Shown: positions 56,301 to 64,000 of the stretch, in pieces
How positions within the stretch are numbered: the stretch's first letter is position 1
Layout of the letters: each line of letters opens with the position of its first letter
NCBI GenBank assembly: GCA_963674735.2
Contig: CAXXQS010000001.1
Span: 1,632,001-1,696,000 of the forward strand
Direction of reading: 5' to 3'
From: Myxococcota bacterium
GTDB taxonomy: Bacteria; Myxococcota_A; SURF-8
DNA: 64,000 bases
Made by a program: the position numbers and the translations under genes
Notes under the pieces: generated by a model
Told to the model about the DNA's origin: nothing
The model's database searches: none
What the model saw: only the letters and a program-made list of their open reading frames with translations

Positions 56301-56868
56301 TCATCTGAATTTCGAGATAGAAATTCTCCGGGCCGAAGATCTCGGCATACTCGCGGGCAAGCTCCTCAGCTCCCTCCAGACGATTTTCCATAATTGCGAC
56401 CGGGATTTCCCCCGACAGGCAAGCCGAGAGTCCGATCAAGCCCTCGTGTCGCTCACGTAAAAGGGCTTTATCAATGCGAGGTTTGCGGTAAAAACCTTCA
56501 AGATTGGCCATGGAGACGAGATAGCACAGATTTTGATAGCCGGTGAAGTTTTCGGCCAGCAGAACCAGATGATAATTTCGACGTTCCTGCCGAGAATGAC
56601 GATCCTTCTCGGCCATATAGATCTCGCAACCCAAAATCGGCTTAACACCAGCTTTGAGCGCCTGGCGATAAAAGTCGATCGTGCCATACATGTTGCCGTG
56701 ATCGGTCAGAGCCACGGCAGGCATCCCCAGTTCCTTAACCCGTTCGGTCAGTTTGCCGATCTTGCAGGCCCCGTCGAGCAGACTATACGACGAGTGCAGA
56801 TGCAGATGGATGAAGCTGTTTTCGTATTCTGATTTCACGTCGCGAGTCCCAGCGGGTTGTTCGTCCAT
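53374..56868 (-). CDS. dnaE: DNA polymerase III alpha subunit
   Basis: HLHLHSSYSLLDG (PHP), GPGRGSG.GSLV, FERFLNPER..MPDFDVDF, KFDFLGL, YGFNKSHAA, OB fold. Confidence 0.98.
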   Translation of the reverse strand: MDEQPAGTRDVKSEYENSFIHLHLHSSYSLLDGACKIGKLTERVKELGMPAVALTDHGNMYGTIDFYRQALKAGVKPILGCEIYMAEKDRHSRQERRNYHLVLLAENFTGYQNLCYLVSMANLEGFYRKPRIDKALLRERHEGLIGLSACLSGEIPVAIMENRLEGAEELAREYAEIFGPENFYLEIQMNGIPIQSKVNEQLVKLSKKLDLPLIATNDVHYLMPNDYDYHDSLLCIGHGKLKQDPGRLRYDTDSLYLRSPEDMRELFADYPEAVENTLKIAQRCQVELELDNPKLPLFEVPEGHDQDSYFELRTREGYEERLAKTTYPIDREKYDARLDYEIGIIKKMKFSGYFLIVADFINYAKSQGIPVGPGRGSGVGSLVAYSLKITDLDPLPYKLIFERFLNPERISMPDFDVDFCMNRRDEVIRYVGRTYGENNVGQIITFGSLKARGVVRDICRAFDIPIPEADRIAKLVPDGPKTTLESALKDEPRLGELLATSSEYQRMYDTAKGLEGMHRHTGIHAAGVVIAEKPLWEMVPVIRGDDALITQYAKDEVEAVGLVKFDFLGLKTLTVIDEAQKLVNRGRTEGEKLDIERLLPDDPKVYELISSGETNGVFQMESGGFQRMLKRLKPDCFEDIILAVALYRPGPMENIPTLVDRKHGREKIVFVHPVLEGILKETYGLIVYQEQVMQIAGEMAGFSMAEADTLRKAMGKKKAKLMAEMLGKFKTGAAEKGFSEEVIQKVTDDMVEFAQYGFNKSHAAAYALISYRTAYMKTYHPIEFLAATLTCDMEHTEKVVKFVQEAKRMQIKVLPPCATRSEREFTVEDGMIRYGMGAVKGVGTGAIETLIEARQKKPFASLYEFCEEVDLGKVNKKVLEALIKAGAFDFTNKSRAILLGVLDKAVDAGQARQRDRASGQTSLMDMFGGATKDAATPAFAEDYPEVEEWTEKERLDFEQSVLGIYLSAHPMDRYAEDAKRYTTTTFDGITQFDNREEVTLAGVVTELRDRPMRDGSGRTAFFMLQDTLGSIECAVFKKAYESCAEYLTSSDPIIVNGQVMVDGEGDEAVVKLRVISIRPLIDVLKSSARRVHCMLPADIDRKRLTDLSELLKNYAGACPVSCHYKLEGEYESVVNLPNAWRVDPCADLIDKAEMILGSKGMVLE

Positions 56869-57040
56869 GTTGTCCCTCTTCGGCTACAAAAAGCGCGTCT
56901 TAGATTCCACTGAGTGGATGATGTCGTTCAGTCACTTTGATAGCAGATCATGCCGGACTTGACAAGGGCAAAGCCCCCGCTTCGACCACCATCCGAGCCC
57001 TTGAAGACGAGACCGGCCCATAATCTGTCGTGATATCCCC

Positions 57041-57658
57041 TTAGTTTGAATTCAAACCGGGAAATTCGATTTTACAGCATGCCAGGATTTTCGCCAGCAA
57101 GACATCCTGTGCATCCGTCAGCGGTTTTCCGGCAAATAGCTCCGACCAATCATCCGAACGTGGAATCGTATGCTCACAGATGTGCAAGCGACGTTTTTTC
57201 AAGGTCTCGATATGCGGAGCGGCTTCCGCAGCCTCGCATTGCGTAAACAAAACCGTACACGGCGGTGGGGGCTTGCGTCCCGAAAGCCAGATCAGAGCCA
57301 CCAGCCGATCGAGCGCCCACACATCCGGCAAGGTCGGGCGCGAGGGAATCAGGATGGCATCCGCCAGTTGCACCGCCTTTTCCGTCTGAGCCGTGATGCT
57401 AGGCGGAAGATCCAGGATGATGTGATCGTAACCGTCCTTCACTTCTTCGATGTCCTTTTCCAAGATGCGCACCTGCGACGGATGCACTTCGATTCCATAT
57501 TCTCGACCGAATGCCCGGCCCCAGTTGGTAGAGGTGCCTTGGGTATCGGTATCGATCAGAATCACTTCCTGTCCACGCCGGGACAACCACAAGGACAAGG
57601 CGATGGACAAGGTGCTTTTACCGGTTCCGCCTTTTTGATGCATCACCGCGAGAATCAT
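57041..57658 (-). CDS. Short ParA/MinD-family ATPase
   Basis: QKGGTGKST deviant Walker A, IDTDTQG, ILDLPP, ADAILIP; 4-nt overlap with tatC. Confidence 0.85.
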   Translation of the reverse strand: MILAVMHQKGGTGKSTLSIALSLWLSRRGQEVILIDTDTQGTSTNWGRAFGREYGIEVHPSQVRILEKDIEEVKDGYDHIILDLPPSITAQTEKAVQLADAILIPSRPTLPDVWALDRLVALIWLSGRKPPPPCTVLFTQCEAAEAAPHIETLKKRRLHICEHTIPRSDDWSELFAGKPLTDAQDVLLAKILACCKIEFPGLNSN

Positions 57659-58497
57659 GGCTTCTCCGTATCTTTCGTCTCTTCCCGATCGCTTGATTCC
57701 GAATCATCATCGCGCTGTTTACCGACCACACGCGCCGTCCAAATGCCGATCTCGTAAAGCAACATCAACGGTCCCAACAAAAGCATCATTGTCCAGGGGT
57801 CGGGCGGAGTCATGATCGAAGCCACAACCGCCATTCCAACCAACGCCACTCCCCGCTTGGCCGCGAATTGCGCAGAGCTGACCACCCCCAACCGCGCGAG
57901 CCCTCCCATGATCAAGGGCGACTCGAATCCGACTCCGAAGGCAATCAATAGTTTCATTGTAAAATCAACATGTTCGCGCATCGAAACCTGCAGCAGGTCC
58001 GCCGCTCCCAAGGCCTCGCTCGGGACGATCACCCCGCCTCCCTCCACGCTGTACTGAACGAGGAAGCCGAAAGCAGCCGGAAGCACGACCCAATAACAAA
58101 ACGACACACCGACGAAAAAAAGGGAAATCGCCGACAGCGGAACGAGCAGCCGATTCCATCTACCTGTCACACCGGTTCTCCGCCGGACTTCACTCCAGAT
58201 AAAAACCGCGAGATAGGGCACAACCAGCAACAGCGCCACATAAAAACAGAGTTTGACATGCACCATGAAAGCATCGATGACCCTTAACAAAACCGTGCCG
58301 TCATCCCCTTGCGGCAAAGCCGCCACCAGTGGCCAACGAACCAGTCCGGTCAAATCACGGCGTAACATCCATGCCCCGACAAAGGCCAGAGAAAAAAGCC
58401 CGACGAAACGGAGTAAAAATGCACGCAACGGAACCAGAATATCAACCCAAGGGGAGATATTCTCTGTTGTCGGTTTTTGCGAATCGATGGGTGTCAA
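57655..58497 (-). CDS. tatC: Twin-arginine translocase subunit TatC
   Basis: 6 TMs, LFFVGVSFCYWVVLP, AFGVGFESPL, MTPPDPWTM, LLYEIGI; TTG start. Confidence 0.88.
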   Translation of the reverse strand: MTPIDSQKPTTENISPWVDILVPLRAFLLRFVGLFSLAFVGAWMLRRDLTGLVRWPLVAALPQGDDGTVLLRVIDAFMVHVKLCFYVALLLVVPYLAVFIWSEVRRRTGVTGRWNRLLVPLSAISLFFVGVSFCYWVVLPAAFGFLVQYSVEGGGVIVPSEALGAADLLQVSMREHVDFTMKLLIAFGVGFESPLIMGGLARLGVVSSAQFAAKRGVALVGMAVVASIMTPPDPWTMMLLLGPLMLLYEIGIWTARVVGKQRDDDSESSDREETKDTEKP

Positions 58498-58666
58498 ACT
58501 TCCACTCCTAAACGGGTTCGACCTACGATCCTAACCAAGAACGTCGACAGTGCAAGCAAGTTTTTCGAGAATGGTCTTGCATAATCGCGAGTTTCTTGAT
58601 TATCTGAAAAGCGATACAAACTCAGTGATATTAACAAATCCGGGGAATAGCAACGGAGTATCCGAT

Positions 58667-59479
58667 ATGCAAGCTCTTGAAAAATGGCGCGGTCGCTCGG
58701 CTTTGATCACCGGAGCCAGTTCCGGAATCGGGGTCGCCTTTGCACGAAATCTGGCTAAAGCGGGTTGCAATCTGATTCTCACAGCTCGTCGAACGGAGCG
58801 CCTGGAAGAATTGAAGGCGGAAATTCAGGCCAAGTTCTCCGTCCAAGTCGATGTGATCACGGCCGATCTCGCCGAACCGAGCGGTCCAAGAGAAATGATG
58901 ATGCGAGTGGGCTCGCTCGAACGTAAAGTGGATTTGCTGATCAACAATGCCGGAGTCGGCTTGTCCGGACCCTTCGATAAAACCTATTGGAAAAGCGAAG
59001 CCCGCATGATCCAACTCAATGTAACTTCGGTGGTCGAGCTGACGAAACTCGTCATTCCCGGCATGATCGAGCGCCGCCAAGGCGACATCCTACTGGTTGG
59101 GTCGATGGTCGCCAGCCTGCCTATGCCCGAGTTCGCCGTCTATGCCGGAACGAAAGGGTTCATCAACGCTTTCGGCGAGGCGGCCGGTCAGGATTTACGA
59201 CCATACGGCATCAACCTCACCGTGCTGAATCCCGGTATGACCGCAACGGAATTTATGGATACCGCCGGTTATCATGGCGGACGCCTTTCCACTCTGGGCA
59301 TGATGAAAGCCGACGTAGTGGCACAAATCGGACTGAAAGCGCTTTCTCAGCGCAAGGTATCGATTTTAGCCGGGTTCCTGAATAAACTGACCGTGCTTGC
59401 TTCGTATCTGCTTCCCCGACGCTGGCGTTTGTGGATCACCCAGAAAGCCGTTCAATTCGCTGCGAAATCCACCTCTTGA
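58667..59479 (+). CDS. Short-chain dehydrogenase/reductase
   Basis: TGASSGIG, NNAG, YAGTK; ATG at 58667 downstream of GGAG. Confidence 0.92.
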   Translation: MQALEKWRGRSALITGASSGIGVAFARNLAKAGCNLILTARRTERLEELKAEIQAKFSVQVDVITADLAEPSGPREMMMRVGSLERKVDLLINNAGVGLSGPFDKTYWKSEARMIQLNVTSVVELTKLVIPGMIERRQGDILLVGSMVASLPMPEFAVYAGTKGFINAFGEAAGQDLRPYGINLTVLNPGMTATEFMDTAGYHGGRLSTLGMMKADVVAQIGLKALSQRKVSILAGFLNKLTVLASYLLPRRWRLWITQKAVQFAAKSTS

Positions 59480-59659
59480 TCACTCAATTCGCACACTAAA
59501 AAGATTGACACAACCCCGCTTCGGCGACTACCCTAGCTCTCACCAAAAGATGGCACTTCCAATCAATCCGTCTATCGATTTGTATCCTGATTATCGTGAT
59601 GCCATGTTGGATAAGCTATCAGGAATGACGATCGATGATTCTTATAAGAGAATGATATC

Positions 59660-60859
59660 ATGAAGAATTCTTCTCGTCCGGACGTTCTCGCCATCATTCC
59701 CGCACGGGGAGGATCGAAGGGCGTTCCGCGAAAAAACATCCGTTCCCTTTTGGGGTTGCCGCTCATCGCCTGGTCCATCCGACACGCACAGCAATCCACA
59801 GCGATCACCCGCTGCATCGTATCGACGGAAGATGCCGAGATTGCTGAAGTTGCAAAGAAATACGGGGCTGAAGTCGTTGAGCGACCCACGGATCTGGCCT
59901 CCGATACCGCCGCAACCGAGCCGGTTATGCTGCATGTTCTCGAACATCTCGACCAAACCGAAAATTATCAGCCCGACTGGGTCGTGCTACTGCAGGCGAC
60001 TTCCCCGATCCGAACCCCGGATCTGATCGATCGGGCGATATCGAAAGCCGGATCCGACAACTACGACTCGCTCCTGACCGTCACACCCGTCAATCGCTTC
60101 TTCTGGAAAGAACGCAGCGGAGCCGGTGAATCTTTGTACGACTTCCGCCATCGCCCACGCCGCCAGGATATCCGTCGCGAGGATCGGTTTTTCGAAGAAA
60201 ACGGCAACGTCTACGTCACGAGTCGTCAGACGTTACTCGCAGAAAAGAATCGGCTGGGCGGACGCGTCGCGCTACTGGAAACCAGCGAGCTTGAAGCCCT
60301 TGAAATCGATACCGAAACCGATTGGCGCAATGTCGAAATTGTGTTGGCGGAAAGCGGCTTATACCCCGACTGGCTGCTCCCCGACACCATCGATTTGGTG
60401 ATTTTCGATTTCGACGGCGTCATGACGAACAATACGGTCTTGACCGATACCAACGGTCTGGAGTCTGTCTCATGCGACCGTGGGGACGGGTATGGGGTCG
60501 ATCTGATGCGCAAGGCGGGCATCCCGATGATGATCATGTCCACCGAGATCAACAAGGTCGTTCAAGCCCGTGCAAACAAACTGAAAATCGAGGTCTTTCA
60601 AGGCATCGACGATAAGAAAACCGCCCTTCGGCGTCTGTTCGATGAACGAAACATCAACGCGGATCACGTTCTTTTCGTTGGAAACGATATCAACGATTTA
60701 CCGGCCTTTGAAGCTGTCGGCTGCCCCATCGCCGTCAATGACGCCTTGCCGGAAGTTCGTCGCCAAGCACGCTTGGTACTGTCGAAGCCCGGAGGACGGG
60801 GAGCCGTCCGTGAACTGGCTGACATGCTGCTGCGCCGCTGGAAATCAAAGTCCGCTTGA
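59660..60859 (+). CDS. Acylneuraminate cytidylyltransferase fused to KdsC-like HAD phosphatase
   Basis: IIPARGGSKGVPRKN, LLQATSP.R, EENG, EIDT..D (NeuA); DFDGVMTNN, GNDIND, GGRGAVRE (HAD). Confidence 0.9.
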   Translation: MKNSSRPDVLAIIPARGGSKGVPRKNIRSLLGLPLIAWSIRHAQQSTAITRCIVSTEDAEIAEVAKKYGAEVVERPTDLASDTAATEPVMLHVLEHLDQTENYQPDWVVLLQATSPIRTPDLIDRAISKAGSDNYDSLLTVTPVNRFFWKERSGAGESLYDFRHRPRRQDIRREDRFFEENGNVYVTSRQTLLAEKNRLGGRVALLETSELEALEIDTETDWRNVEIVLAESGLYPDWLLPDTIDLVIFDFDGVMTNNTVLTDTNGLESVSCDRGDGYGVDLMRKAGIPMMIMSTEINKVVQARANKLKIEVFQGIDDKKTALRRLFDERNINADHVLFVGNDINDLPAFEAVGCPIAVNDALPEVRRQARLVLSKPGGRGAVRELADMLLRRWKSKSA

Positions 60860-60885
60860 ATCGAGACCCCAATCACAGGATAATC

Positions 60886-62181
60886 ATGCCGACCTACTAC
60901 ACCAAACGCAGTCCAGCCCAACCGATCGACTACGATCGCGATTTTTGGGCATCACGGTTATCCCAAGCTCTGACCGACGCCCAGTATGCCGAGGTAGTCG
61001 ACGCCTATCGGGATAAGAACGCCTATTTATTCAATATCATCGCCGAAATGACACCCGGCCGGATGTGCGATGTGGGCTGCGGACTCGGCCAACTTCTCGC
61101 CAATATCGACTCGCGCTGGGAAAAACACGGCGTCGAGATTGCGTCCAAACCGGCCGCGATAGCCGCCCGACATGCAACGATTCATTGCGGCGAGTTTGCC
61201 ACAGCCGGGTATCCCGATGCCTACTTCGATCTGATCACTCTGATTTCCGTTCTCGAACACGTCGAAGATCCTCTGCCCTTGATCCGCGAAGCTTTGCGCG
61301 TATTGAAGCCGGGAGGACGCCTGCTTCTGCGCACTCCCGATTTCGACGGTCCGGCCGCACGCCGCTTCGGGGAGAATTTCCGGCTTTTACAAGAAGCCAC
61401 CCACATCAGTCTGTTTTCGACCCAATCCCTCTCGGCTCTGCTGACGGATTTCGGATTCGATATCGATCTTGTTGAACATCCATGGTTTGACACCGTCGAT
61501 TTCGAAAAGGCCGATCTCGGCTCTCTCAGCGACATATCCAAACCCTCTCCGCCTTTTTACGGCGACCACGTGTTGATTCTAGCCACACGCCCCGATCTCA
61601 GCCGCTTTGCCGCGTCCGTTCGCGAACTGGCTCGGCTCTGCCCGCGACTCGTGGAAGACCTCGACCCAGCGGTTTCGCAATCCGGTGACATAATGGCTCA
61701 ATGCCTTCTAAATGGCGGGAAGGTTCTCGCTTGCGGAAACGGCGGAAGCGCCGCCGACGCTCAGCACTTCGTCGCGGAGTTGGTCGGACGTATGGGAGTC
61801 GAACGGCGCGCCGTTCCCGGTATCAGCTTGTCATCCGATCCGAGTGTCGTAACCGCGCTTGGAAATGATTATGGATACGAACAAATTTTCGCCCGCCAGG
61901 TGGAAGCTTTCGGCCAACCCGGCGATGTTCTGCTGGGCATTTCGACCTCCGGCCATTCGCCCAATGTGCTAAAGGCTTTGGCCCTTGCCCGTGAACACGG
62001 GCTCCAGACCGTCGCCCTGGTCGGTCGAAATGGAGATACCGCACTGGAAAACTGCGACGTCACGTTGCACGTCAACGCACCCAATACTCAACGGGTACAA
62101 GAACTGCATATGGCGATTTTGCACGGTTTTTGTGATATCATCGAGCAACGGCTGGTTCAGACGCCGAAACAGCCCCAATAA
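60886..62181 (+). CDS. Class I SAM methyltransferase fused to GmhA-like phosphoheptose isomerase (SIS)
   Basis: DVGCGLG, FDLI..VLEHV.DP, LKPGG; then ACGNGGSAADAQHFVAELVGR, GNDYGYEQIFARQV, ISTSG.SPNV, RVQELH in one continuous frame. Confidence 0.85.
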   Translation: MPTYYTKRSPAQPIDYDRDFWASRLSQALTDAQYAEVVDAYRDKNAYLFNIIAEMTPGRMCDVGCGLGQLLANIDSRWEKHGVEIASKPAAIAARHATIHCGEFATAGYPDAYFDLITLISVLEHVEDPLPLIREALRVLKPGGRLLLRTPDFDGPAARRFGENFRLLQEATHISLFSTQSLSALLTDFGFDIDLVEHPWFDTVDFEKADLGSLSDISKPSPPFYGDHVLILATRPDLSRFAASVRELARLCPRLVEDLDPAVSQSGDIMAQCLLNGGKVLACGNGGSAADAQHFVAELVGRMGVERRAVPGISLSSDPSVVTALGNDYGYEQIFARQVEAFGQPGDVLLGISTSGHSPNVLKALALAREHGLQTVALVGRNGDTALENCDVTLHVNAPNTQRVQELHMAILHGFCDIIEQRLVQTPKQPQ

Positions 62182-62215
62182 TGGCACAACTTTACACAAC
62201 CAAACGGATAAACAC

Positions 62216-63082
62216 ATGTCGAACACGTTGAAAATCGGGAACCGTCTGATCGGAGACGGCGAGCCTTGTTTCGTCGTAGCGGAAATCGGGATCAACCACA
62301 ATGGCGACCTCAAGCTGGCCAACCGTCTCATCGATGCCGCCCATGATGCGGGCTGCGATGCGGTCAAATTTCAGAAACGAACCATCGAAGTCGTCTACTC
62401 CGCCGAGGAATTGGCAAAACCGCGCGAAAATCCATTCGGCACAACCAATGGCGACCTCAAGCGCGCTCTCGAATTCGGAATGTCCGAATTCCAAGCCATC
62501 GATACCTATTGCAAAGGCCACAATTTCATGTGGTTTGCATCATGCTGGGACGAGGCTTCGGTTGATTTCATCGAGAAATTCAACCCGCCCTGCTATAAAA
62601 TCGCATCGGCCTCACTAACCGACGACCACCTCCTTCAGTACCATCGCCAAACGGGAAAACCGATCATCCTGTCGACCGGGATGAGTTCCATCGAACAGAT
62701 CGATCACGCGGTCGACGTGCTTGGAACCGACAATTTGATCGTTCTGCATTGCACCTCCACCTACCCGGCCAAGCCGGAGGAACTCAACTTGCGCGGCATT
62801 CTGACGCTCAAAGAACGCTATCAAATACCCATCGGTTATTCGGGTCACGAAGTCGGCCTGCAAACAACCGTGGCCGCCATGGTTATGGGCGCCTGCATGG
62901 TCGAACGCCACATCACGCTCGATCGCGCCATGTGGGGCAGCGACCAGGCCGCCAGTGTCGAAGTTCCAGGATTCACCCGTTTGGTCCGTGACATCCGTAC
63001 CATCGAAAGCGCCATCGGCGACGGCGTCAAGATCGTCTACGATTCGGAGAAACCGATCATCGAAAAACTGCGGAGAAAATGA
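62216..63082 (+). CDS. neuB: N-acetylneuraminate/nonulosonate synthase family protein, short form without C-terminal SAF domain
   Basis: VAEIGINHNGD, DAVKFQKR, YKIASA, LSTGMS, LHCTSTYP, GYSGHE, ERHITLDR..GSDQ; ends at EKLRRK. Confidence 0.88.
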   Translation: MSNTLKIGNRLIGDGEPCFVVAEIGINHNGDLKLANRLIDAAHDAGCDAVKFQKRTIEVVYSAEELAKPRENPFGTTNGDLKRALEFGMSEFQAIDTYCKGHNFMWFASCWDEASVDFIEKFNPPCYKIASASLTDDHLLQYHRQTGKPIILSTGMSSIEQIDHAVDVLGTDNLIVLHCTSTYPAKPEELNLRGILTLKERYQIPIGYSGHEVGLQTTVAAMVMGACMVERHITLDRAMWGSDQAASVEVPGFTRLVRDIRTIESAIGDGVKIVYDSEKPIIEKLRRK

Positions 63083-63085
63083 TCG

Positions 63086-64000
63086 ATGCAAAATCTGCTG
63101 GTGACGGGCTACCCGCGCGGCCAAACTTACTTCCGCCGACGCGTATCCGACCTCACCACGCGCTGGCTGACCCGTCGATCGACGGCAGACCGCACCATCG
63201 ACTTGGGTATCGGCGGTCTGGCTTCCGGAGATTCAGAACTCTTCGACGCCCTGCCGGATGACACGGTCCTACGCGCCGAAAACGAAGCCTTCATCGCCGC
63301 ATCCACTTGGTACATCCGCAATGGCCAAGATATTACGGAGACTTCGATAGGCTCCCTCGGTAAAGCCATTGAAGCGGAGCTTTTTCGTATTTTGAAGGAA
63401 TTCGCCATCGCCCTGCGCGTGGGTGAAACCATCATCAAAACGTTCGTCCCCAGTCGTTGCATTTTTATCGATACCGCCATGGCCGATATCTTGAAGGATT
63501 CGACCGGCGCGTGTCGAGTCGAAAGCGCTTTTTCCTATCAAAGCCTCGACACGGCAGCGGATTGGCTGAGGCTGGCACGCGACGTTCGCCCCTGGACCGT
63601 CTCACCATCGGATGTCGAACGACTGCAACATGGGCGCGTCTTGTTTTTCAGCGACAACCCATCTCACGCACGCACATTGGCTCCTTTAGCTTCCGCGATG
63701 GTCACGGAAAGCCCGCTGGTCATCGATCCCAATCCGACTTCGCAAACGGTTTACGCCCGACACAACCTGAATCCGATCGTACCGGAAAGAAAGATTCGGG
63801 CATCTCTCCTCACGAACATCTCGGCAAGTACGTGGCAGAAGTGGCATGCGCATCTGATATCCTGCGCCGGACATCAGGAACTGCACCTGCTCAAGCCCGC
63901 ATGGGTTCGACGGCAAATCGGCCTTTTACTCATGCGTTCTTCCGCTTGGCTTCCCTTGTGGAATAAAGCCCTCCCGGAAGTTTCCGGCCTTTCCGTCACG
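63086..64000 (+). CDS. Hypothetical protein of the sugar-modification cluster (3' truncated by window)
   Basis: ATG at 63086 just after the neuB stop. The frame MQNLLVTGYPRGQTYFRRR... stays open to the window end by manual translation; it is absent from the ORF track because it has no stop. Confidence 0.65.
   Translation, partial: MQNLLVTGYPRGQTYFRRRVSDLTTRWLTRRSTADRTIDLGIGGLASGDSELFDALPDDTVLRAENEAFIAASTWYIRNGQDITETSIGSLGKAIEAELFRILKEFAIALRVGETIIKTFVPSRCIFIDTAMADILKDSTGACRVESAFSYQSLDTAADWLRLARDVRPWTVSPSDVERLQHGRVLFFSDNPSHARTLAPLASAMVTESPLVIDPNPTSQTVYARHNLNPIVPERKIRASLLTNISASTWQKWHAHLISCAGHQELHLLKPAWVRRQIGLLLMRSSAWLPLWNKALPEVSGLSVT

Noticed and set aside
56950-57020. GGGCAAAGCCC hairpin and CAAGGGC/GCCCTTG pairing, superficially like a c-di-GMP-I riboswitch
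   Set aside because: The other conserved riboswitch elements are not visible, and it is on the strand opposite the flanking genes.
63079-63966. Short ORF-track ORFs 63079-63261 and 63457-63966
   Set aside because: A single frame from ATG 63086 is open to the window end and explains the region better.

Overview
GC-rich chromosomal window from a diderm bacterium (lpxB, lnt, tatC, sigma-54 activator). MYXO-CTERM-like and Cys-rich repeats suggest Myxococcota/former Deltaproteobacteria, and NfnAB suggests an anaerobe or facultative anaerobe (both inferences). About 47 CDS; I saw no rRNA, tRNA, CRISPR array, prophage or transposase. Conserved blocks: MoxR-DUF58-TgpA, a SigR-like ECF/ZAS pair with a matching GGAAT-N18-GTT promoter, phoH-7TM/HD-ybeY-lnt (phoH and lnt each carry one homopolymer frameshift, probably sequencing error), nfnAB, dnaE, tatC, and the start of a nonulosonate sugar cluster. 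Most notable: (1) four lipoproteins plus a matrixin that share Asp-Gly-Asp (DGD) repeat tethers but carry unrelated hydrolase domains (caspase/C13-like, gingipain C25, PNGase F-like, putative alpha/alpha-barrel glycosidase, matrixin); (2) a tandem double Ddl-like ATP-grasp ligase coupled to a DmpA aminopeptidase; (3) a methyltransferase-GmhA fusion between a NeuA-HAD fusion and a short NeuB; (4) a matrixin paired with a possible TIMP-like OB-fold protein; (5) an RNase R lacking cold-shock domains and a degenerate Tex. All calls come from reading motifs by eye; no searches were run.
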